The translations under genes and the position numbers were made by a program. This document shows, piece after piece, positions 10,401-20,540 of a stretch of DNA of 64,000 nucleotides (positions are counted from its first letter, which is position 1; every line of letters begins with the position of its first letter). The notes beneath the pieces were generated by a model. The model had not been told where the DNA came from. It ran no database searches and was given only the letters and a program-made list of their open reading frames with translations. Source of the DNA: Lepidodermella squamata (Eukaryota; Animalia; Gastrotricha). The stretch is from assembly GCA_047495785.1 (NCBI GenBank), contig JBLDXI010000028.1:434001-498000 (forward strand), read 5' to 3'.

Positions 10401-12978
10401 AATATAATTTAAAATGTTTGAATTATTTGGAAATTGTAGGGAAACAAAAATGCTACTTTAATGAGTTGTTGAGAAATTACAAAATGGTTAAAAGGAATTT
10501 GAATTCTACTACGTTATCATCCTCGCCTTCTCCTCGTGGCAAGAAACCGAGCATATGCCGATCTATTCTATTTCGTTGTTTCGATTTATCTCAAAGGTAA
10601 CACTTGGAGATAGGACTCCTAGCCGTAACAACGGCAAATTTCTAAACAAGGTCAAGTAACACACAGTTATTGCCGATTTCGATCTCATTAGCTGCGGATG
10701 GTCTCATTAAATGCAGCTTTGTTTGACATATTCCTGTGCTGAGGTGGGCAGACCTCTGGTAGTATATGCCATATCTGTTAGAAGGGCGAAGTGCTAAATG
10801 GCTAGCTACTAAAGAAACCAGGATTACGTTTATCAATGATTTAATCTCATTCATTTGATCGACACCAATCACCTTCACTTGTGTTACAAATTGCCCCTGT
10901 ATATTTATATTGCAGATTTGGCTTCAAAATTCGTCTCTCCATTAATTTCGATGCAACGATGAACTAAAGTCTCGAGTATTCAGTTCAGTCTTTTTGCCAG
11001 GGTTTTTGCGATAGAAGAAACACCCATCGCCTGTTTATTTATCTTGATGGCAGGTGCTTGACAGCGCCACCGCGATCTCAAGGTTTATGAGGGTATAAAA
11101 AGGCACAGCTAGCCGCAAGCAGCAGTCATTGTTCAATTATTTTCTTGAAAAATTTACTATTTAATCGTTCGTTCTCGGTAGAAAATGATGCGCTACGTTG
11201 TTTTGGCTCTACTGGTGAGTTTACTTCTTGCAATTACGCGCTGATGATTAAACTGTTGGTTTTTGAAGGTTAGCATCGTTGCTTGTGAAATCCTTTCGGA
11301 GGAAAGCCGTGGTACGATGGCTGATCGGCAGACTAAGCCACACGGCGGAAAAGTTAGAAGTCCGCACCCTGCACATACGCCATCGCGAAACCAGAAGCCA
11401 AAGGATTCCAGCATACCAAGTGGCCAAGGTCGAAGACGTATCAAGTTTTGAACAACAACAAATCGCCCAAGCTTTACGATGCGGGTTGAGCTGAGAGAGA
11501 GATGGAATTCCTGCTTCGCTTGTAATTCGAAATAAACTCAAAATGGCATGCATATTGCAGCATTTTAGCGCGATCCTACAATCCATGCCTTTCTCGTGAT
11601 ACAAGTAGCTTTAAGATGCTGGAACCTAGTAGTTTTCGAGAAAAGGCGTAATTACTACAACATTACGCTAGTTATTAAGTTTAATACGGCTCAAACAGTT
11701 CCAAAACGTATGCAATTAAATTCTCCGTCATCGGGGCTTTCCATTGACATTCTGCTTGACATGTATCATACCTGAGAAAATGACATAGTGTGTGGTCTAA
11801 ACTCGATCGCAAAATCCTATGGCAATGTCACCCCGCTGGCTTAAGTCGCCACGTTTTATGGTATGTCAAGGAAAAATGTTTACGAGGTCCGCGTCAGACC
11901 TCGTAAAGATGCAAGTAACATAACCAATATCTCCGAAAAAGTCACAGCTCAAGTACTTAAGATTTTAGATCGAGATGAATCAAACATTTAAACATGAAGC
12001 TCCTATAAACCAGATGTGTGTTTATGTACCGTTGGCGTTTAGGTTACCACCGGGATCGTAGAGCCGACTGCGGTTCAAGTGATACCCAGCGGTAACGGGC
12101 AACTCTCACGGGGCCCCTGTGCTTAAGATGTTCACAACATCGAACTGAATGGAGATGGATGAGTGGAGGCAACAGGACGGGAGCAATCCTATCTGATTCA
12201 CCTTCTGGTTTTTCTACCTGTTCCTCACCGTTGGCGCTGAAATTCACATCTGATTCATCTATCGATTAATTTTGATGCAGCGCTATTGTTGGAGGCATTT
12301 AGTTCAACCTTACTGCCTAGGTTTGTCGAAAACACCGTCCGTGCCTGTTTATTTATCTTGATGGCAGGTGCTTGAAGGGGGCCTCGCAGATCACATGGTT
12401 TGCTGGGTTATAAAACAGCAAGCCGCAGTCATTTATCAATTACTTTCCCGACAAATTTACAATTAATTCTTCATTCTCGGTAGAAAATGATGCGCTGCGT
12501 TGTTTTGGCTCTACTGGTGAGTTACCTCCTCGCTATTACGCGCTGATAATTCAACTTTTGGGTTTTTTAGATTAGTATCGTTGCTTGTGAGAAATTCATG
12601 CTTTTATTTGTGAGAAAAGTAGGTTTTGACGCTGGAAGCCTGCAGAATTTTCGAGAGGAGACGAAATTACTACAAGAAGTCAGGTAAATATTACGTAGTC
12701 GGTGAAAATTATCTATTGATTTATTTTAGAGATTTTAGAAATTTTTTTGAGATGAATGGCGTATAACTGAAACATTCAAAAATGGAGCTCTTACCTAGGG
12801 AAGATTTCTTGGGTAGCGACCTGCCAAAAGTGTCGGCATCGTCTAGAAACGACGATTTCGATTGAGGTTTCGACTTAGTCGGAGCTTTCGCGGCAACTTT
12901 CGGTGCTGCTTGCTGCTCTTCACCCTCGGAATGGCTGCTCTCGTCACCACTATCACCATACGCCACTAGAGCATTCAT
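7476..12978 (-). CDS. PRCC: Proline-rich protein PRCC (exons 12978-12795 and 8494-7476; 4.3-kb intron)
   Basis: N-terminal MNALVAYGDSGDES and C-terminal RHQITYLAWLAKEREEELKDFW...KMKYGF are PRCC signatures; the phase-1 splice joins in frame. Confidence 0.9.
9314..9712. mobile_element. MITE with 16-bp terminal inverted repeats (possibly hAT-derived)
   Basis: AGAGGTGGAAACAGGT ... ACCTGTTTCCACCTCT; many internal accgg/ccggt motifs; no clear target-site duplication. Confidence 0.7.
10190..10376. mobile_element. Tc1/mariner/pogo-type MITE
   Basis: TA-CCGTACTGCCCG ... CGGGCAGTACGG-TA termini; internal repeats of aataaatgtcag. Confidence 0.8.
11030..11100 (+). promoter_or_regulatory. Conserved peptide-family promoter module (forkhead-like TGTTTAT, E-box CAGGTG, TATA box)
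   Basis: ctgtttatttatcttgatggcaggtgcttga...tataaaa recurs upstream of all four copies (about 6965-7047 -, 11030-11100 +, 12343-12416 +, 37495-37577 -). Confidence 0.7.
11185..11451 (+). CDS. Secreted cationic peptide precursor, copy B (nested antisense in the PRCC intron)
   Basis: MMRYVVLALL|VSIVACEILSEESRGTMADRQTKPHGGKVRSPHPAHTPSRNQKPKDSSIPSGQGRRRIKF*; AATAAA at 11531. Confidence 0.8.
12487..12687 (+). pseudogene. Internally deleted peptide-family copy C
   Basis: Promoter, exon 1, intron and ISIVACE are retained; the sequence then jumps to DNA matching the 3' flank of copy B (gctggaa...ttttcgaga...aattactacaa), so the mature peptide is missing. Confidence 0.75.
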
Positions 12979-13255
12979 TTTTTCATATAAAGAATCCCTA
13001 GCGAAAAAATCAAAACAGACGTAAATGATGTTTCCGATTGGTTAGACATAATTTATTGCGGAAGACCCAGTGGTCCATCAGATTATAAAAAAGGAGAGCA
13101 AAGAAAGTAAAAATTGATTAGCGCAACAAATGACCTAGAATCCATCCCTGAAGAGTAGAAATTTCAGAAATTAGCGGCAATTTTTCAAAAATTTCAATTC
13201 AATTCTATGCTTTGTTGCGTGAATCAATTTCGCAATGAATGACTAATTTCCACTT

Positions 13256-14241
13256 TTATTCATTCTCTGCGCACCACACGGCAGCCCATGAGCCGAGCTC
13301 AGCCATCATTCTATTGTAGCCAATCACAACCGCATTCGTTTTCGCCATCAGCTCATCCAGCTGAGCCGCTTGTTCCTGCTGCTTCCTCACAATGCGATTC
13401 AACCGCTCCGCATGATCGACACATCCGGTTATGGCTTTACTGTTCAACACGCTTTGCAGCTGTGAGACCTTTTTCAAACTCTCAACAGCCGCTGTGATTT
13501 GATCGTGCTCCATTAGGATGACCTCGCAGTGAGTTCGCAAAGCTGCGACATCCGTCGCTTGAGCATTTATGGACACGTTTGACTTCATAGATAGGTGCAA
13601 CGCATGTTCCAGTTGTTGAACTAAATAATGAAGAAAATAGCACAGAATCAATATTCTTGATTGATAATTGGAAAAAATGATCTTCGCACCAAAATTATGA
13701 ACATGTATTTTGTGGAAAGCCTTATCCTGAGTTCCGAAGATTCGACCATTTTGTCCCAAAAGTTGCAAACTATTTTTTAATTTGGCAACTTTTTGTAGGA
13801 AACTCAACAAATTTTATGCTTAAATTAAACCTAATGAGAGAATATTCCATCTTTTATCGGACCGAGGAATTTACTGGAGAAAACCCGGAATGGTAACCCG
13901 TTTGGACCAAATTTCTGCGGACTTTTTTAATCTAACAAGTGGCACTCTTGATTAATATTCTCTTGATCTTTGAATTTTTCTAAAAACCATGTATTTTCTT
14001 TGCTTGCGTTACTTATGGGACACGCCGTACAAGAACTTGGATACTTACGTTGTGAGAAAATTCTGTTAATATTGCGACGTCCAGTTGTGTAAAGCACCAA
14101 TTTCTTGTTCAACTCAGCCAGTCTCGCATCGACGGCCGGATTTTGGCCTTTGGGCGCCTCAGACAAATTCCCAAGAACGCGGCTTTCCAACTCGCAAATT
14201 CGCTCCTCCAAAAACTCTAGGTTGGCAGTTTGAGTGCTCAT
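13256..14241 (-). CDS. DCTN3: Dynactin subunit 3 (p24/p22); exons 14241-14049 and 13620-13256
   Basis: LEERICELESRVLG, VILMEHDQI, LQSVLNSKAITGCVDHAERLNRI, YNRMMAELG..W follow the DCTN3 pattern; the splice is in frame. Confidence 0.8.
13751..14029. mobile_element. MITE family 1 copy in the DCTN3 intron
   Basis: tgtcccaaaagtt...acttatgggacacgccgta; homologous to 14823-15209 and 58822-59199. Confidence 0.75.
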
Positions 14242-14398
14242 TACAAAACTTGAGAATAAATCTAGAAACAAATTAAAATTAGCAGTTATGAAGTGGAAGT
14301 TTTATTCTCTACAGAAGTTCACTCGTAGTGCTTGAGATCTTGCAATTCTATCACAACTATTTATAAAAAGATTCCACGGAACAATTTTTGCTGTCATT

Positions 14399-16423
14399 CT
14401 AAGCGATTGATGCCCGAATTTCCTGCGCAACTTCGCGCATGTTGCTAGAAACCAGGGCTTGTTCAAGCGCTTCCATAGTGGCATAGCCGCGGTCGCGATC
14501 GCGCCAAGTTTTCAGAATAGTCATTATCTTCTGCAAGTCCTGACCCGGCGCGTACAGCGACGCTATGGCGTCGACATCGGCGACGGTGAAGTTGAGGTAA
14601 TTACACAGCATCATCCAATCGCGGCCGACCAGTCGCTCGGCCGCGGCGCGCAACACGTGATCTCCAACGGGCTCGCCTCGAACCAAAGATTGACCTAAAA
14701 ATATCCAAAAACGTTGATATCCGCTCAACAATTCACCATCAATTTTAAGGCCATTAAAACGAAGGACCAAATGATCAGAGAAATTGGTTTGGAATTTCCC
14801 GATTTTGAATTGTAAATAAAACTACGGCGTGTCCCAGAAGTTTCTCGACTATTTTTTAATTTGGCAACTTTTTGTAGTAAATTAAACTAATTTTTATGAA
14901 AATGAACTAACCGAGAGAAAATTCCATCTCTTATCCGCGATGAAACCAAAGAAATAAAAAAAAGTCACGAGAGAAAAACCGAAACCCCCGATTTTAATGT
15001 TAATTGTTTTGCTAATTTTCGGTATTTTATCCTGCTGGGCCAAATTTCTCCGGAACTTTTTAATCCCATTGAACTTGACATACTTGATTAATATTCTCGT
15101 GATTTTTGGAATTTTTTTTGTGGCAATGAGATTAGACTTCGTCTCTCATTTTACAGTTTCTGAACCCTTTTCCGTGCGTTTTTTTTTGCTTGCGTTACTT
15201 ATGGGACAAGCTTCATTATTCGATTTGAAACGCTCATAGTCATAATTTTAGCTGATTAGGCTTGAGAAAGTTATTTATCATACCAAGAGCTGAGAGTCCA
15301 CCATTCGAAGCGTTCACGCTGGCTCCCGGGCCGCCGCCGCCGTCCGGCCGCGGTGACGCAAGTGACTTGGCAATTTCCGACTGCATCTTGTTGAACATGT
15401 CATGCTCGGCGACCATGCGCGAAATCGGCAATTCGTCGTCCATAACTTTGACCTCGGGCGGTAGAATGGCGAAGTCTAACAGGCGAGCTGTTGCTTCCAT
15501 GTGAATAAGATGCCACGTTTTGAACTCGTTCATATCAACCTGGCCGTCGCGATTCGTGTCCAACTGGCTCATGACGGTTGTAGCCAAATCATCCACTTTG
15601 TACTGAATACAGAGGGGCTCATTAGGAAATTACCAATAACTAAGTCATATCAATTAGAAATTTCCATTTGATATTTGAATAGCTAAGCCGTGATACTTCC
15701 GTCAAGATTGAAGAACGACATTCCTATCCTTAAGTCTTAAAGCGGATCTGAGCAAGGGACTTACTTCGTCCCAATCTTGATGCATTTTCTGGATAACCTC
15801 CTTCCATTTGACAAGATTCAGTGGGTAGTTTTCGTTCATCAAATAGAAAACGACGCCCAATTTGTCCTCCAAATCGCATCGAGACCACCACGTAGCGGCA
15901 CATAAGAACGTTCGGAATGACACTTCACCTTTCGTATTTTGCAAAAAATGCAGAATCTGGGAGAAGAAAAACAACAAAAATTGATAGAAAGAAATCAAGA
16001 TTTTTGGCGAATTTATAATTGGTGCTCAAATCACAGCTAAAAACGTGGAAGGTTAATTTATCTGAATCAAAGCCACTCGTGCGAATATTTACTCTGACGG
16101 CGAAAAAATCGTTAATCTTAGCTCCCTTCACGATAACGGTTCCGTCACTGGTAGATCCGAGCTGCCGAAATCTGGTCCACATTCGATGAACCTCCACTGG
16201 GCTCACTAAATGTATTCAATTTTCAACGTAAAAAATTGATTAATTTCACAAATTCATCAATTTTAAGCTGAAAAATTGCGTGGACTTCCTCCAGATTATA
16301 AAATTTTCATACAATTCGAAACTCACTTGCACAAGCAGCTGCATTGTGAATGATCCAACTCATTTCGCCCGAGCCAGGCGAGACATGCGGCGGCAATTCG
16401 GCTGGTTTCGGAATTTTAGCCAT
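14399..16423 (-). CDS. Calcineurin B/CHP-like EF-hand protein with a C-terminal death domain (5 exons; start uncertain)
   Basis: SPVEVHRMWTRFRQLG, GEVSFRTF, EDKLGVVFYL, canonical EF loop DTNRDGQVDMNEF; spliced in frame to GRDWMMLCNYLNFTVADVDAI...ILKTWRDR...ATMEALEQAL (death-domain pattern). Confidence 0.8.
14823..15209. mobile_element. MITE family 1 copy in an intron of the EF-hand/death-domain gene
   Basis: TACGGCGTGTCCCAGAAGT ... ACTTATGGGACA inverted termini; internal similarity to the other copies. Confidence 0.75.
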
Positions 16424-16576
16424 ATACGGCCCCATTTTTCAATATTTTCAAAAGCTCTAAATATTTCTTAAGAAATTTCAAAATTTCAATCTTGATGAAT
16501 CGTTTAATAATACTGAAAAATAGCGCATTTCTGTGAATTTTATAAATAGGAAGACGAATAATTTTCGATGTTTTCA

Positions 16577-19391
16577 TTAATGCGGCGTGCTGTAGATGTC
16601 TGGCCTGCGTTGTTTTCGCGTCGGAATAGCATCTCGAACCGCATTGACCTCACTCGGATCTAAATCAACCACCAACATGCCTTCTTTCTCATCAAGTTCG
16701 CCCATAATTTTGCCCCACGGATTCACAACCATAGAATGTCCCCATGCAATATAGCCGGCCGTTTCGTCACGCGCCGGTGAGCAAGTCGCAACATACAGCT
16801 GGTTATCGATTGCTCGAGCTTTTTGAAGCTGCTCCCAATAGTCGGGGCCGGTTGTTGTGCTGAAAGCGCCAGGGTAGATCAACAGGTTGCAGCCGGCTTC
16901 AGTGTACCAGTTCGCGAGTTCTGGGAAGCGAATGTCGAAACAAATGCCGACGCCAATTTTCCACTTTTCATCTGCAAATAAATTCACAAAATGATAGTTT
17001 CGAACGAGAAATCCCGATTTTGAGCACCACAAAAATCCATCATATATTTTTTTCAAATTTTCGTTATTTAAAAAATATAAGTGGATCACTAAAAAAACTT
17101 CAAATAAATACACTTTACCGGGCACAAAATTAAAAAATAGCTAACATACTTATGACACCATGGAGAAAACTGTTGCCAGGTTTTAGAACATCCGATTCGC
17201 GAAACGTAATTTTTCCCGGAATATCAATGTTGAACAGGTGCATTTTGCGAAATTTGCCATTGAAAGACCCGTCGCTGTTGAACCACGCGCACGTGTTGTA
17301 AAGACTGCCATCAGTCGGGTCCAATTCTGGCACCGAACCGCCAATCACTGCAATCGAATTCGCTTTCGCAGCTTCGGCCAATTTTTGGCACGTTTCTCCG
17401 CCTGGAACGGCTTCGGCATATTCGCCGAAAAATTTGACGCCATAAGGTGAATTGAAACATTCCTAAAAATGACACGCGAATTATCAAATTGTTCCCATCC
17501 AACAAGTTGGATTGCTGTTTCCATCAAATTGTTTTAATATACCCAACCATCTTAGGAATATATTAACTGGCTACCTGGTATAATCTTCATCTTGTGAGTA
17601 GGATAGAATCTCTATGATCTTGCGCATGTAAGATGCCATTTTTTAATTAACAAGAGTTCTAATTTCTAGGCACCAACTCTTCTTTTATCTCAAATTTCAG
17701 AGAAGACAAGTAACTTTTTCCTCAAGGAAATCCAGGAAAAAAACCGCCCCTGGCGAGTATAACTATCCTGGAAAGGACGAGTCATTCGTAAGTTTTATGC
17801 CAATTGGGCACCGACGAAGCCGCAGGCAAGCGGAACAAAAAAGCTGTTGATAATTTCTCGGAAATGAGTAGTCGCGGAAACACACGTTTGTGAGCAATGA
17901 AAAATAATGAACCAGAGAAATTAGAAATGGAAAACGCTCGCCTGGTTTCGATGGTTCAAAACTTTCGTCTGTCTCACTCTCCGGGAAAACCATCATCAGC
18001 ATCTCCTGCCAAATACGATTAACCTTCCAAACCAAAGCGGAGGAAGTCAAGCTGCTCGAAGCTGAAGGTGAGCCTGAACCTCAACGTAATATCGACATCA
18101 TTCAGTATTCTAACACTGATCCGAGATCGAGTTCCTAAAATTATATACGGCCAGAAGAAGAAGACCCAAGGTAATCAGCAAATTATCTAACGATCTTGCC
18201 TGTTCATGTTTCCATTTTCTGCCTTTATCAGTCTTGCAAGAAGAAAAGCAAGGCGACGCCGAGCAAGACTACGGTGACCAAGACGACTACGAGCAACGCC
18301 GTCTCGAGCAAGAAGAGCGAGTCCGTCGTGAGGAAGAAGAGCGAGAACATGAGCAAGAACAAGATGATAAAATGGCACAAGGCGAATCTCGCCGCAGTTC
18401 ACATGAAGAAGTCATGGACGTTGACGTTGTTGTCGCCGGAAGCGTCCCTAGTGGTCAAGGGCAGGAGGAGGGTGAAGGCACAGAAGACCAGGATGTCGGG
18501 CGGTCTAGCGGTGTAGGCCGGGCTCAATACCTAGCACCCGATGGCGGCAGCCAGGTGGTCAGCGGCAGTCTCCCGAGTGGTCAAGGCCGCGATCCACACC
18601 CATCAGGTTCGACTGCAAATCGCGACACGGCTGATGACGACGCGACCGGTGCTGTTGGCTACGGATTTGTTGACTACGCGCGACGTGAAGATCACGGTGC
18701 GGGCCATACGATGTTCCGCGTAAGACGGCACTGAGCGACAGGCCAAGCGAATCGCCAAGTCAAATGCAACTTCGGCGTCGAAGATTACGAGTCTTTCCAT
18801 CCAACGCTACTCCATCTTATTCGAGCGCTTGGCATCCGCGGTGATCCGATGCTAATGTGGGACACTGATAAGTCGTACCGCTGCTACGACTAGATTCTTA
18901 TTGTCGACTAGATGGGTCTTATTATAATTCTTGGAAAAGAGTATATTTTACGCGAAAAATGCATGTAAAATACGGCGTAAAATTCGAAAAATCCTTCGAG
19001 TTGCTGTTAGCGCATGACCTTCGATTCGAAGCAATTTCGTGAACATGCGTTACAAGACGTTAACCCTACTGTAATAAGCGTTTCAACATCGGTTGAAAGA
19101 AAGCGAAATGATTCTTGCGAAACAAGTACGGATGGCTGTGCGGGAAAAATAATACTTTCACATTATTTAGAAGATTTTCTCATACATTTTACTACAGCCT
19201 ATAACTGGCTAATAACTGGTTGCCAAATAATTCAAAAAATTTTCTGATTTCGAAAAATGAGAGGAAATTACCGGCAAAACAGCTAGATGAGCACCTTTAG
19301 CCTTGGCTGCTGCGATAAATTCGACAGCTTTCTGAACATTTTGCGCTTTGTTTGCCGTAACGCCGAGCTGAATCAGTGCCACCCTCAACAT
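16577..19391 (-). CDS. NIT2: Omega-amidase NIT2 (nitrilase family; 3 exons)
   Basis: MLRVALIQL...AVLP|[61 protein letters not shown]; the E-K-C catalytic triad is intact. Confidence 0.95.
18140..18892 (+). pseudogene. Nested antisense acidic ORF followed by a frameshifted RRM-like remnant in NIT2 intron 1
   Basis: GT-AG intron 18171-18231, E/Q/D-rich ORF to 18734 containing RNP1-like [11 protein letters not shown]; another frame continues [15 protein letters not shown]. Confidence 0.5.
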
Positions 19392-20540
19392 TTCCAATTA
19401 ATCACCCTAAAAATGGAGGGAAAAACACAAACAATTTTAACAATTTTTTTGACATTTTATTCATTTTCTTATCATTCACTTTTGTTGTCTTTTCGTGTCG
19501 CAAAAAACTGAAGCTCACAAAAAGGATGTTGCTGAAAAACGAGAGAGAGATAGAGAGAAAACGTGTTAACATTATATCGTATTTTTTCAAGCTCACGATC
19601 GTGCACGGTAAAACAATTATTCTGTTAATTATGCTTAAATTATTCTCAAAAAAAATTACACAGGACAAGATGCGTTTCCAAAGCAGCGGTATTTTTTTCG
19701 ATAGGAGAAGAAGAAACGGCGCGAGATATGAATCATTTAGCAACAAAATATTTTAGCCATTTTTACAGCTTTAGAAAATTAGTTAATTTACATTTATTTC
19801 AGGCCGAAAGATTTTCTCGTCAAAACAGTGTACATAGCACGGCGCAAAAATGACCGATCCAGCATTCGTAAAAATCGGCCATTTTTGGGCCTATCGACTA
19901 TGAAAAATGTACATATATAGAAGAAATGATAAACACAGGAAAGACGTGAAAGAAACTGGTTATCAATATAACATAATCTTCGGTAAAATTTTCAATTCTC
20001 CTCATTGGCACGAAGCGCTTTGTTGTCTACGAAAAAAATCGACGACACACGTGAGTGACCCAGAAGCACAACCAAATTCACTTCGAAAAACTAAACACAA
20101 TGCACATATGTATAGGTAATTTTTCAACCATTAGCTCAATTTTCACGTGAAAGTAAAGTTACAACAACATCCTCATCGAAAAAAAGAAGATGAAACGATT
20201 GCCATTAATTTTTAATTGAAGAGGAAGCAGCAAAAAATATCGAATGCAGCGATTTTTCACAAATCTTAAATTAGTTTCTTACATAAAAAAAATGTAATTA
20301 TTTCTTTCTAGTAGGTTATGGCGATAAAATTTAGCCGATATTTCAAGAAAACGTGAGGTTAAAAGTTGTATTTCAATTCAAATTTTGCCAAAAATTATTT
20401 CTAATGGCACTTATTCATCTGACACGTGGAATATAGGCTATTTCATTTCTCAATATCACACTTGGATTTCCGCTATAAAAAAAATCGGCCAATATTTACA
20501 GGTGAATGCAAAAGATAGACAATTATTTTTCGATCAGTTT

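Noticed and set aside
11279-11494. Alternative-frame ORF in the peptide genes (FEQQQIAQALRCG / FEKQQIVKTLRCG) suggesting dual coding or frameshifting
   Set aside because: Copy D has a stop at this position (FE*QQ) and the phase-0 intron selects the other frame; similarity is explained by recent duplication of the 3' UTR.
18440-18590. PSGQG motif shared between the nested acidic ORF and peptide copy B
   Set aside because: Too short, with no surrounding DNA similarity; probably coincidence.
19376-19756. Overlapping 114-126 aa ORFs on both strands
   Set aside because: AT-rich, low-complexity (K/F/I/L) ORFs in the convertase-NIT2 spacer; likely chance ORFs.
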